Positions 39,437 through 50,246 of a stretch of 64,000 bases of DNA are shown piece by piece. Source of the stretch: Candidatus Latescibacterota bacterium (GTDB taxonomy: Bacteria > Latescibacterota > UBA2968 > UBA8231); the NCBI GenBank assembly GCA_965197905.1, contig CBDAOB010000005.1:1056001-1120000 (forward strand), in the 5' to 3' direction. Numbering within the stretch: position 1 is the first letter of the stretch; each line of letters begins with the position of its first letter. Made by a program: the position numbers and the translations under genes. The notes under the pieces are model-generated. The model searched no databases. It saw only the letters and a program-made list of their open reading frames with translations, and had not been told where the DNA came from.

Positions 39437-42385
39437 ATGTTCAGACTGTCGCAAATCCTCTGCCTCTGCTTGGCGATCACACATGCCGGCGCCGAGGTGT
39501 CTGAGCGCCTCGAGGAGGTGACCACGGCGCGCCCGTTTCTGCGCTGGCCCCGGCCTGCTTACCACAACTACGCCTACCAGAACATCACCAACTTCCCCGG
39601 TCACGTGTTTCCCTACGTGGACACGCCGAAAGACCATTACGGCTTCTTCGGTAACTACCTGATAACCGGGTACGATCTCTACAAATGGGAGGAGACGCGC
39701 GTCTTGGGTCAGGAGTTTGGCAGCGCCATTTTCAAGGAATTTGGTGTGGATGAGGCGGGGGGTACCTGGCCCAACGCGTTCGATTACATGGTGGCCGGCC
39801 GCGGTGGTTACGGAAGCTGGGGTTACAACATCATCGCTGGCGACGCTCTGATCGCCCGCTTCACCCCGTTGACTCTATCCAAAGTGAACTACAACGGCGT
39901 GCGTCTGGATGTTTCCACACCCTATCTGAAGGTCACGGGTCTGGCATCGAGGCAGGAGCGGCCCAAGGACAGAATTCGACGGGTCGATAGGGCCCTTCAA
40001 GCAAAAACCCATTTTGCCGACGATTCCAACTTGCTTCTGGGCAGTCGAGCCCAGGTGGATCTGGGTCGTCTCCAGGTAGGTCTCAATTGGGTGAACCAGC
40101 ACGTATACCAGAGCACCCGGACCGGCAATAGCCTCAAGGGGCGGTTGAAACCGGACCAGCCCATGATGGACTACCTTCTCGTCCGTTTTACGGACGATTC
40201 TCCGGGCGACGGCACCGGCGGTGCCGTGGTGCGGGACGTCCGGCTCGTGATCAACGGTGAAGCGCGGCTGGACGTGGCGCCACGCGTAATCGGCCATCTG
40301 GCAGATCCTCCCGTGCAGATAGGTTTTGTTTCGGCGATCACGGGGAGATTCACCCCTTTGCCCTACAACCTGTTGTCGGCCTCGGGCGGGGGTACGGGCT
40401 TTTTCAACGAGACTTTTTATCGCGAGCGCGATTATCCGCTCTTTGCCGACTACCTGACGCGCCTCGATCACGCCGCCGGCGTCGACGTGAGCAAAGTGGG
40501 CCATATCGCAGGTCTGGAAGCCAACTACCAGGTGCATTCGCCTGGGGACGAGCTCCGTGCCGACGGCCAAAGACAGCTGGTCTACCTATTCGATCTGTCG
40601 GCCGAACCGGCCGTCCAATCGGTGGAGGTCGAAGCACTGCTGGGCAACGACTACCACGTTGACGTGGCCATGCTGTACAGCAAAAGTGAGGTTGGTGCTG
40701 CCTACGCTGACAGATTCCTGCCCACCTTCTATCACGTCGTCCTGCGCGCCGAGGGCAATGTAAGGGATTTGTCGAACCTCAGACGGGCGCGGTTCTCGGT
40801 GGGGGAGAACACCGGCCAGTTCGTCTACGGTGCCGACGTGCAGCTGCTGCTGCCGAGCTTGGAGATCCACGGCGAGTACGCGCGGTCCAGTGTGTACTCG
40901 CGCTACCCGGCCCGGGTGGGTGGGCAACCCGCGTTCGATGACGCGCCGCGTTTCAGCAATCGGGGTGCGGCCTACTTCCTCAACGCCGTGCATCAGTTTG
41001 GACGCGGGCTCGTGGGCGCTGAGCTGTTCTCCATAGATCCCGGATTTCAGACGGAGATGCGCTCCTACCTGCACGAAGAGTCCGCTCATTGGTTGGGCAT
41101 GTTTTCGGCGGTGGTCAACAATACCATGTACTGGCAATTGGTAGAAGACAACGACGACGGCGATCGCGATCCCGACCGCCAGTTCGGCAATCCGGTGGCC
41201 CTCAGTCCGGACCAGGTGGGGACGGACCTCGACGGCGTCTGGCTGAATCAGGACGAGGACAATGACGGGGCACCCGACATCAATCGCAATCTCAATCGGG
41301 TGGCCGATTTCGACGAGCCGTTTCTGATGTTCTATGTGGAGCCCAACAGCTACGTGTATGGGCTCGATCGCAACAACAACAACGAGCCGGATCCGCGCGA
41401 AGACGACGGCGACGTCGACTATCCGTACGACTATGACCAGGACGGTTGGCATCTTTTCGGCCAATGGGAGCTGACGCGGCACTGGTCCCTGGGCTTGGGC
41501 CGCTACGAGGTGGCAGAGATAGCCGGTGGCGGGCGCAACCGCTCCACCTACGGGTTGCTGAGCTACCGACCCGTCGAGCTCGGCTGGTTGCGGCGCTTCT
41601 TTTTCGAGAGCGGCCTGCGGCGAGTGCGGGATGACATCCCTGACGAGATCATGACCTTCAATCCAGACGTAGGGGCTCGGACAGGCGCCTACCGTCAGCG
41701 TGGGATCTTCTACGCACAAGGTGCAGACACCGGTTTTGGCCTGCCGGTCTTCACATTCGTCGACTTCATACCGGATCTGTTGTTCTACCGGGACAGCTTC
41801 GTGAGCGAAACCTATCTGGAGGGCAATCTCAGGCCGTGGTCGAAGTTGGATGTGAAACAAAAGCTTCGCCTGCGTCTCAACTGGCAGCAGGGTGGACAAC
41901 TCTACAACGGCGATGTCCAGCGCGATCGCCGACTGGATTTCTGGACCTGGGTGAGCAAAGTGCAGTATCCCATGTATTGGGGCAGCCTGAGCCTGACGCC
42001 CCAGTACAAGTTCATGATACTGCGCTCGGTCGACCGCGAGCGCGACGTGCGGCTGCAGTCAGAATATCGCTCGATTCCGATTCTGCGACTGGAGTATCCG
42101 CTTTTGCGCCGGACGTCGATGGCAGCGGGCATTCAAGGTATAGGCCCGGTGCCGTACCTGCGCGAAAACCATGCGGACAGAAGACTGAGCTTCGAACAGC
42201 GCACGTTCTTTGTTTCCCTCAGAAATCGCTCGAAGTATTTCGGCTACGAGCTGGTGACGATCGTCGGGTTCAACAAAGACAAGGTAAGTTTCGATGACAT
42301 CTCCCAGAAAGATCGAAACCTAGACTTGTGGACCTTCTTTGTGCGAACCGTGATTGGTTTCACGGATTTTGGGCGCCCCCTTTGA
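39437..42385 (+). CDS. Uncharacterised ~1000-aa exported protein, paralog copy A3
   Basis: 982-aa intact ORF with a clear signal peptide (MFRLSQILCLCLAITHAGA) and all family motifs. Confidence 0.88.
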   Translation: MFRLSQILCLCLAITHAGAEVSERLEEVTTARPFLRWPRPAYHNYAYQNITNFPGHVFPYVDTPKDHYGFFGNYLITGYDLYKWEETRVLGQEFGSAIFKEFGVDEAGGTWPNAFDYMVAGRGGYGSWGYNIIAGDALIARFTPLTLSKVNYNGVRLDVSTPYLKVTGLASRQERPKDRIRRVDRALQAKTHFADDSNLLLGSRAQVDLGRLQVGLNWVNQHVYQSTRTGNSLKGRLKPDQPMMDYLLVRFTDDSPGDGTGGAVVRDVRLVINGEARLDVAPRVIGHLADPPVQIGFVSAITGRFTPLPYNLLSASGGGTGFFNETFYRERDYPLFADYLTRLDHAAGVDVSKVGHIAGLEANYQVHSPGDELRADGQRQLVYLFDLSAEPAVQSVEVEALLGNDYHVDVAMLYSKSEVGAAYADRFLPTFYHVVLRAEGNVRDLSNLRRARFSVGENTGQFVYGADVQLLLPSLEIHGEYARSSVYSRYPARVGGQPAFDDAPRFSNRGAAYFLNAVHQFGRGLVGAELFSIDPGFQTEMRSYLHEESAHWLGMFSAVVNNTMYWQLVEDNDDGDRDPDRQFGNPVALSPDQVGTDLDGVWLNQDEDNDGAPDINRNLNRVADFDEPFLMFYVEPNSYVYGLDRNNNNEPDPREDDGDVDYPYDYDQDGWHLFGQWELTRHWSLGLGRYEVAEIAGGGRNRSTYGLLSYRPVELGWLRRFFFESGLRRVRDDIPDEIMTFNPDVGARTGAYRQRGIFYAQGADTGFGLPVFTFVDFIPDLLFYRDSFVSETYLEGNLRPWSKLDVKQKLRLRLNWQQGGQLYNGDVQRDRRLDFWTWVSKVQYPMYWGSLSLTPQYKFMILRSVDRERDVRLQSEYRSIPILRLEYPLLRRTSMAAGIQGIGPVPYLRENHADRRLSFEQRTFFVSLRNRSKYFGYELVTIVGFNKDKVSFDDISQKDRNLDLWTFFVRTVIGFTDFGRPL

Positions 42386-42547
42386 GTGATCCGCTGTACA
42401 CGCGTGTGTCCGGCCTATGAGGTCGATATAGTCGCCGGCATGACCGGTTTCTTCTTCTTTCGTTCCCCGTCCAGACCCTCCAGCCTAACTTCGGTGTGGA
42501 CGTTCGTTTCGTCGATATCCTGAATGCGTCCCGCTACTCTGGGGCGC

Positions 42548-45500
42548 TTACAACATGCTCCCAAATTCAGTAAAACCGACGGCACTGCGAACGAAGAACA
42601 GGAGACCGTTGGCGTCGCGGAATCGCTGCCCCGGATCGTCGAATCTGAGCTTGTCCCTGCCGACACCGACTATGGAAATAAGCTCGTAGCCTAGATAGCG
42701 CGTCCGATTGGTCACGGTGAAGGTTGTGCTTCTCTGCTTGAGACTCTCGCGAGATTGCGCCTTGTTCTTTACGCGGTAGGGCAATGGACCCCAACCCTGA
42801 ACCCCCAGCTGCAAGGTCGTTTTCGGCATGATCGCATAGCTCATGTTCAGGATCGGGACGATGCGGTGCTCGGACTGGAGATCGATGCCCGACTCGTTGT
42901 CGCGCAGGCGCAGGTAGAGAAACTTGAAGCGGGGCACCAGATCGAACTTTCCGAAGGTCCAGGCATACTCGACGCGGTTTACGTACGCAAAGAAATCGAT
43001 CCGCCGGTTCTGCTGAAACTGCCTGGTCGGCAGTCTACCGCCTTGCTGCCAGTTGAATCGCAAGCGCAGTTTCTGGACCAGTCTCAGCTTTTGCAACGGC
43101 CGCAGGTGCCCCTCTAGATAGCTTTCGTTCACATTGCTCCTCTGGTAGAGCAGGATATCCTCGCGTCGAAGCAGAGTGCCCGAAAACCGCTGTATCAGAC
43201 CGATGAAGAGGGCGTCATACGGATCCACGGTGGAGAGACGAGCTCCCCTGCTGAACTGGTTGTAGGCGTCGGCGATATCATCCTGCACCTGCCGCATGCT
43301 GCTCTCGAAAAACAGCTGCCGCACGCGTCCCAGTCCCTGCCAGCGGTAGGTCAACAGCGCGTAGTCGGAGCGATTGCGGCCGCCGCCTGCCTGGTCCTTC
43401 ACGGCGTAGCGCCCCAGGCCGACCGACCAGTGCGGCGAGAGATTCACCTGTCCGAACAGGTGATAACCACGCTGGTTCGGATCGTATGGATAGTCCGGCT
43501 GCCAGTCATCCTCCCGCACATCCGGCTCGTCGTTGTTGTTGCGGTCGAGACCGTAGACATACTCGTTCGGCTCCACATCGAAAAGAAGGAAGGGTTCGTC
43601 GTAGTCCGGCGTGCCGTTGAAATTGCGGTCGGTATCTATCAGACCATCCTTGTCCTTATCCTGTCCGGGGAATACGCCGTCCTGATCCGGATTGACCGGA
43701 GCGACTCGTCCACCGCCTCCCTGCTGAGGACTCCCAAGAACATTGCCTGCCGCAATGTCGGGCCAGCGGTCGCCGTCCTCGTTATCCTGCACCAGGCGCC
43801 ATATGATGCTGTCGTTGGTCATGAAATGGTACGGGCTGTACCCGCGGCTGGCCTGGTAGCCGTAATCCTTCTTCAGAAAGGTCGGCATCTCAGTGGTGAA
43901 ATTGGGATTCATGGAGAAGGTCTCGAAACCAAAGACACCGCGGTCGAAGCGGTGAATGCCGTTGAGGAAATAAGCGGTGCCGCGTGTCGCGAAGCGCGGC
44001 CCTTCATTCACTACGGTTTGGCTCAGTGAGCGAGCCGGGTAGCGGGAATAAAGCGCGGATCGCGCGTACTCCGCACTGATATCCACCCAGGGCAAGGTCA
44101 GTTGTAGATCGGCGCTGTAGGTGAAGATCGCGGTGTTCTCCGCCACCGCGAAGCGCCGGCGCGCGAGGTTGGAGAGATCCTCTACCCGTCCTGGCGCCCG
44201 CAGGGCGGTACGCAGGAAAGTGCTCTGGAAGCGATCCTCGTGACGTTCCGCGGAGGCATTGGCAATGTTGAGGTCGACACCGGCCCACTCCACCAAGTAG
44301 TCGTTGCCCACCACCGCCTCCAGGTATGGTTCTTCCCTGAGATCGAAGAGGTAGACCAACTGCTCGCCGCCGTCGGCGTGCAGGATCTGGCCCGGCGATT
44401 CGAGCTGGAACTCTTCGAGCAGGCCCTCCAACCGTACCTTCGACGTAACGTCCACCCCCGCGTCATGTTCCGCCCGGTAGAGGAAATCCGCAAATAACGG
44501 CAGCTCACTGTCCCGGTAGTAGACGACCGGTCCTTGAACTGCGGTGTAGGTCGAGGGAATGAATCGACCGGTGCTCAGGGTGCGGCCCGCCTGGGGTCGA
44601 GCTCCCGCACGCTTGCGAATGATGTGGGGCAGGATATCGGGGCGCAGTTCGCCGTTAATTACGAGCTGGACGTTTTGGACGGCCGCGCCGGGGCGCCCAT
44701 CCTCGGGAGCGTCGTCGGAGAAACGAACCACTATCAAGGAATAGGTCGGCTGGTCCTGCCGCAGTCGGCCCTTGATCGAGTTGTTGGTCTCGGTGCTGTT
44801 ATAGGAATGGAGGTTGGAACCCCAGCGATAGCTGTCCCAGATCCAGCTGGGCACGTCCGCCCAGGAGCAATGTGGAATGATCGGTATCGACCTCGGCGAC
44901 ATTCTCGTTGGGGGTGGTCGACTCTCGATTGGGCCGGGCGATGCGCGAGCCCAGGGTCGTGAGCTTCAGATGGGGCGTGGAAAGGTCCACCCGCAGTCCG
45001 TTGAAATCGGTCCGGGACAGGGTGAGGGGGGAAAGCCGCGCGATCAGGCCGTCGCCAACCATAGCCCGGTAGCCCCAGCTGCCATAGCCGTCGCTGCCCA
45101 CCACCACATTGGTGAACACCAGCTGCCAGGCCGACCAGTCCTTGAACAGGTGGCTGCCAAACCGCTGCTCCGCTTGGCGCCGCTCGACCCAGGTGAAAAG
45201 GTCGTAACCGGTGGTCAGGTGGTTGCCCATGAGATCGATCTTCGCCTGGGGCCGATCTACGCCCAACGCGATGCCATGCTGGGAACCTATTTGACGGGTT
45301 TTCCACGAGTGATCCGGATAGTTCTCGTAGTGATTGAATGCGTAGTTCCTGTATTCCGGCCGCGGATAGCGGATGCCGAATCGTCTTTCTGGAGTTTCGG
45401 GGGCAAAAAGGTCGTGTCTATCGTCGGCAAACAAATGCCCGGCCAGCAGTAGGCCGAGCAATGCGCAACGAAGGACACAGGGTATGGCAACCCTGTAGCT

Positions 45501-45551
45501 GGAGCCGAGGTGAGACCTGCCCCCGATGGTGCACCAATCGCCTTGCAACAA
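42548..45551 (-). pseudogene. Uncharacterised ~1000-aa exported protein, paralog copy A4, frameshifted at ~44816 with an in-frame deletion at ~44318
   Basis: ORFs 44799..45551 and 42548..44902 are consecutive parts. GF-c-NLH lacks 8 nt versus GFNGANLH in A5, and EPYLEAVVGNDY lacks SVEVE. The start is uncertain. Confidence 0.85.
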
Positions 45552-46140
45552 CCTAGTCCTCGCTTTTTGGGGAGCGCGCGCGTCTACGCTTGGTCACGAA
45601 CAACTGCTCAGTGTAGCAGCCGTTGAGTAATATACAACACAATAATCTCGCTCTTGAAAAAAATCTCGCAATCACAGCTGCACCGACGGCTGCTTTGCGT
45701 CGATTTGGCACATACCGCCCGCACCGGCTTCTCGCCCATCCTCGCCCGTGACTGCCGGCTTCTCTCCCGGTCATTGCGAACGCAATCCACAAAGTGGGGA
45801 ATCTCGTCGCGAACCAACCGGAGAATGGCGAATAAAAGCCACAATCGTTGGTCGCAGCAAGCGGGTGTTCGATGGGCATCGAGGAGGCCGGCCCGAGAAA
45901 GCGACGGTGCTATGTTCGGTTCGCAAGGAAAACTGGGAAATACCAGAGGGCCTCAAAAAAGCTATATTTATTCAATAGCCTATTTTGATGGAATTAGACT
46001 TCTGCCTCAACGGCTCGCAGTTTGATGAGACCAGGTATCGCCAGTACCATCGATAGATTGGCCACGAAATAGACCGGCTGACTTCGGCCATTTCTTTGTA
46101 TCGCATTGTCTTGTAACGTTTCCTCAGTGCCCGAAGCGGC

Positions 46141-49100
46141 ATGGGACAGCTGATCATGTATTGGAGAGGATGGACTGAAACGCTCGGGCGCTGCGGCGGA
46201 AGGTCGGGTCATGGCTCTCCCGAGCGAGCCAGAAACCTGCGCTGGTTTGGGTTTTGTGCCTCCCTACTGCTGGTGCACGGGGTTCCCGCAAACGGTTACG
46301 TAGGCCCTGGTCCGTCAGAAACGACGGCGACGCGTCTTTCCTTTCGCTACACGCGACCCACCTACAAGAACTACGCGTACGATCTCTACCAGAACTATTC
46401 GGACCACACGTGGAGCACTCGCGGTATCGGCGGGCAGCACGGAATCGCATTCGGTGTCGAGCGGCCACGGACCGTAGTCGATTTGATGGGCAACTACCTC
46501 ACGACCGGTTACGACCTCTACACCTGGGAGGAGCGGCGTCAGCCGGAGCAGCGAACCGGCAGCGAGCTGTTCAAGGACTGGTCGGCATGGCAGTTGGTGT
46601 TCACCAACGTGGCAGTGGCCAGTGACGGTTATGGCGAATGGGGGTATCAGGCGATCGTGGGGGACGGTCTCATCGCGCGGCTCTCCCCCTTGACCCTGTC
46701 GAAAACCGATCTCTATGGGCTGCGGGTAGACGTCTCGACACCGCACCTCAAACTGACCGGATTGGCCTCCCGCATCGCCCGGCCGAACCGCGAGAGCTAC
46801 CTCCCCAGCGAGAATGTGGGCGAGGTAAGGGTGGATCACTCAACCATGCTCCTTGGGGGCCGGGCCCAGGTGGATTGGGGGGCGCTCAAGGTGGGGTTCA
46901 ACGGCGCCAACCTGCACGCCTACAACAGCACCCAGGAAAACAACTCGATAAAGGGTCTGCTGCGACGGGACCAGCCTCTGTACTCCTTTCTGGTGGTCCG
47001 TTTTTCGGACGAGGTTCCCGGGGACGGCCTGGGCGGGGCTGCAGTTCAGGATGTACGCCTGGTCGTCAACGGCGAGGTGCGGTCCGATATCGCGCCGCAT
47101 ATCATTCGCAAGCGAGCGGGGAGCGGCGTCTACTCCGGGCGCGTGCTGAGGACCGGATTCATTGCCAGCGCCTACAATAAAATCACCGGGCCGAGACCTT
47201 ACTACCGGGATCGGGAGATACCACTCTATGCCGACTTTCTATATCGGCTGGATCACGAAGCCGGCGAGGATGTCTCCAACGTCACCTTGCTGACTGGTCT
47301 GATAGACGAATTCCAGCTGGAACCCCCGGGGCAGATTCTGCGCGCCGACGGCGACAAGCAGCTGGTCTACTTCTTCGACCTGCGGAACGAACCGCATGTC
47401 GAGTCGGTGGAGGTGGAAGCGGTGGTGGGGAACGATTACAAAGTCGAATGGGCCGGGGTGTATCTCAACAGAGGCAGTGCCACGGCGGAGCGCTACGAGG
47501 ACCGCTACTCGAGTACGATCTACTATCCCGCCATGCGGTCCCGAGGCCGCGTCGAGGATCTGTCCAATCTCTCGCGCAAGCGTTTCTCAGTGGGGGAGAA
47601 TACGGCGATCTTCACCTACAGCGCTGATATGGAGCTGGTTCTACCCTGGATGGATCTCAGCGGCGAAATCGCGCGTTCCGCGCTCTATTCCCGCTACCCT
47701 GCGCAGGTGGGAGGGGACCCAATGCTGGACGAGGGCCCGCGTTCCGTCCATCGAGGCAGCGCCTACTTTCTCAACGGCCTGCGCCGCTTTCGGCGCGGCA
47801 TCATGGGGTTCGAGCTGTTCTCAATCAATCCGGAGTTCACCACCAAGATGCCCACCTACCTGCGGAAGGATTTCGGCTATACCGCCAGCCGCGGTTACGA
47901 TCCCCTGGCGCAGCTGGACCGAAACACCGTGATCTGGAGCCTGGTGCAGGACAACGAGGATGGAGACCGCTGGCCAGACATCCTGGTGGGCAATGTCCTG
48001 GGCAGCCCGTACGGCAGCTCCGACCTGGACGGAATCTTTCCCGGTCAGGACGCCGACTACGATGGCCTGGTGGATACGGATCGAAACTTAAACGGTACTC
48101 CCGACTACGACGAGACCTTTCTGGTCTTTGAGGTGGAGCCGAACGAATACGTCTACGGGCTCGACCGCAACAACAACAACGAGCCGGATATCCGGGAGGA
48201 CGATTGGCAGCCGGACTACCCGTACGATCACGACCAGCGCGGCTACCACCTTTTTGGACAGCTGGACCTCACGCCTGCTTGGTCGTTGGGCCTTGGGCGC
48301 TACGCGGTTCGGGGACTGGCCAGCGGCGGCCGCAATCGCTCGGCTTATGCGCTCTTGACCTACCGATGGTTGGGGCGCGACCGCGTGCGCGAGCTGTTCT
48401 TCGAGAATAATCTGCGCCGCGTAAAGGACGACATCGCCGATCCTTACAATCAGTACAGCCAATCGGCGCAATGGGAGCTGAACAGCCCATACGACGCAGG
48501 CTTTACTGGCATAATTGCAAGAATAGATGGATCGTTGCTGCGGCGGGAAGACGTGCTCTTCTACCAGGACAGCTACGTCAATGAGACCTATCTGGAAGGG
48601 GACTTGCGTCCCGTATCGGGCCTGCAGGTAGTGCAGAAGCTTCGCCTGCGGATCAACTGGCAGCAGGGAGGTCTTCTTCCCAACGGAATGCTGCAGCGAC
48701 CGCGGCGCCTGGACTTCTGGACCACCGTCAGCCGGATCCAGTACACCTGGACCCTGGGCAAGCTGACCCTGATGCCGCAATACAAATTCATGCACCTGCG
48801 CCTGACAGACCGGGGCGCGGAACTCATCGGGGAAGGGAAATACGCCAGCCGCGACCTGCAATCCAGAACGACCACCGTTCCGATCCTGCGGATCTCATAC
48901 CGTATGCTGCCCCGCACGAAGGTGCAACTTGGGCTGCAGGGATTCGGATCACTGCCGTACAAGGTCGACGACCATGCGCGGTCGCTCGAGGGGTTCGAGC
49001 AGTACACCACCACGGCGACGGTGACTAACCGCTCCAGGTATTTCGGCTACGATCTACACACGATCGTCGGCTTCAGCAAGGAGCGGCTCATATTCGACAG

Positions 49101-49188
49101 CCGCCACCAGAGTTTCCGCAACCGGGATGGATTCCTTTTTTTCATCCGCGCCCTGATGGGTTTCACCGAATATGGGCGGATGCTCTAG
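46141..49188 (+). CDS. Uncharacterised ~1000-aa exported protein, paralog copy A5
   Basis: 1015-aa intact ORF with all family motifs. The true start may lie downstream, nearer the hydrophobic segment WFGFCASLLLVHGVPA. Confidence 0.88.
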   Translation: MGQLIMYWRGWTETLGRCGGRSGHGSPERARNLRWFGFCASLLLVHGVPANGYVGPGPSETTATRLSFRYTRPTYKNYAYDLYQNYSDHTWSTRGIGGQHGIAFGVERPRTVVDLMGNYLTTGYDLYTWEERRQPEQRTGSELFKDWSAWQLVFTNVAVASDGYGEWGYQAIVGDGLIARLSPLTLSKTDLYGLRVDVSTPHLKLTGLASRIARPNRESYLPSENVGEVRVDHSTMLLGGRAQVDWGALKVGFNGANLHAYNSTQENNSIKGLLRRDQPLYSFLVVRFSDEVPGDGLGGAAVQDVRLVVNGEVRSDIAPHIIRKRAGSGVYSGRVLRTGFIASAYNKITGPRPYYRDREIPLYADFLYRLDHEAGEDVSNVTLLTGLIDEFQLEPPGQILRADGDKQLVYFFDLRNEPHVESVEVEAVVGNDYKVEWAGVYLNRGSATAERYEDRYSSTIYYPAMRSRGRVEDLSNLSRKRFSVGENTAIFTYSADMELVLPWMDLSGEIARSALYSRYPAQVGGDPMLDEGPRSVHRGSAYFLNGLRRFRRGIMGFELFSINPEFTTKMPTYLRKDFGYTASRGYDPLAQLDRNTVIWSLVQDNEDGDRWPDILVGNVLGSPYGSSDLDGIFPGQDADYDGLVDTDRNLNGTPDYDETFLVFEVEPNEYVYGLDRNNNNEPDIREDDWQPDYPYDHDQRGYHLFGQLDLTPAWSLGLGRYAVRGLASGGRNRSAYALLTYRWLGRDRVRELFFENNLRRVKDDIADPYNQYSQSAQWELNSPYDAGFTGIIARIDGSLLRREDVLFYQDSYVNETYLEGDLRPVSGLQVVQKLRLRINWQQGGLLPNGMLQRPRRLDFWTTVSRIQYTWTLGKLTLMPQYKFMHLRLTDRGAELIGEGKYASRDLQSRTTTVPILRISYRMLPRTKVQLGLQGFGSLPYKVDDHARSLEGFEQYTTTATVTNRSRYFGYDLHTIVGFSKERLIFDSRHQSFRNRDGFLFFIRALMGFTEYGRML

Positions 49189-49285
49189 CCCGGGCAAACG
49201 CGCCCGGATTGTGCCACTTCTACGGGATGCCAGCGGACTTTGGCGTGGAGGATTTCGTCGCTAGGGGACGTCGCCAAGTTGCGAA

Positions 49286-50182
49286 TTAGCGCGCGTCGTT
49301 TTTCAGCTGGCCCCAGCTCCTGCGCGTAACCGATGTCTGCGCATCTCCGATCTTTGGCCCCACCCTCAGAATGCGGGCACCAATACCGTAGGATCGATCC
49401 CCGGGATGGAACGACTCACGTCGGGCGGAGCGCAGGTTTTCGCCGTCGGCGCTGAAACAACCCCCTCTCACGACGCAGACGAAGCCCGTTGCAGGTCCTC
49501 GGGGGTCGACACGTAACGACTGCCGGTAATGGTTCGCGCCAAACCAATCCTGCACCCATTCGAACAGATTCCCATGCATATCGTATAAGCCCCATGGATT
49601 CGGCAACTTTGTGCCCACCGGCTGAGCGTATGTCAATCCCACATTGAAAGCATTGGGCCCATACCAGGCATACTCCCCCAACTGCACTTCACTGTCCCCG
49701 GACGACCACAGAGTTGTCGTTCCCGCCCGGCAGGCATATTCCCACTCTGCTTCCGTTGGCAAGCGGTAGAGCTCCTCATCCGCATCCTCGTTCATCGTTG
49801 CTATGAATTCTTGCATGTCGTACCAAGAGATATATGCCGCCGGATGGGTTGGGTTCACCTCCAGATGTATTCCTTCAGACCAGGGCGTTGTTCCCATCAA
49901 ACTTTGCCATTGCGCCTGGGTGATCTCAAACTTCCCCAGGTAAAACCCGCGACTGATGGTCACCTCGTGAGCGGGGCGTTCGTCTTTGATCCAATCGTTT
50001 TTGTCCTGCAACAGCTCTTCTTGCTCCTCCGTCAACCCCATTATGAAGGTCCCCGGTTCCACCCACACCATCTCCATCGTTTCGCTCGCGGAGAGTTCAA
50101 TGGTGATTTCCTCTTGAGAGCAGACGGGCAGAACTGAAAAAACAGCAAGGGTCACGTTAGTCCATACAAGCGAGTGCTTCAT
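49286..50182 (-). CDS. Exported FGE-sulfatase (SUMF1-like) domain protein
   Basis: PGTF.MG, DERPAHEVTI, RLPTEAEWEYACRAG, PNPWGLYDMHGN..EWVQDW and RGG motifs; signal peptide; C-terminal SWGQLK. Confidence 0.92.
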   Translation of the reverse strand: MKHSLVWTNVTLAVFSVLPVCSQEEITIELSASETMEMVWVEPGTFIMGLTEEQEELLQDKNDWIKDERPAHEVTISRGFYLGKFEITQAQWQSLMGTTPWSEGIHLEVNPTHPAAYISWYDMQEFIATMNEDADEELYRLPTEAEWEYACRAGTTTLWSSGDSEVQLGEYAWYGPNAFNVGLTYAQPVGTKLPNPWGLYDMHGNLFEWVQDWFGANHYRQSLRVDPRGPATGFVCVVRGGCFSADGENLRSARRESFHPGDRSYGIGARILRVGPKIGDAQTSVTRRSWGQLKNDAR

Positions 50183-50246
50183 CAGATCTTCATTATGTAG
50201 ATATCGAGTTTGGGTGTGTTGTTCGGCCCGTTTGGCGTCACTCGCC

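Noticed and set aside
45618..46015. 10-bp inverted pair AGCCGTTGAG (45618) / CTCAACGGCT (46006) between A4 and A5, as an invertible promoter or shared motif
   Set aside because: One 10-mer pair in ~600 bp is plausible by chance. No recombinase is in the window and I did not find the motif upstream of A1-A3.
20303..49188. Diversity-generating retroelement or CRISPR explanation for the repeated sequences
   Set aside because: No reverse transcriptase, no adenine-specific TR/VR pair, no regularly spaced repeats and no cas genes were seen. The similarity reflects whole-gene paralogy.
49190..49207. CCGGGC/GCCCGG hairpin after the A5 stop
   Set aside because: Only a 6-bp stem with no U-tract; insufficient to call a terminator.
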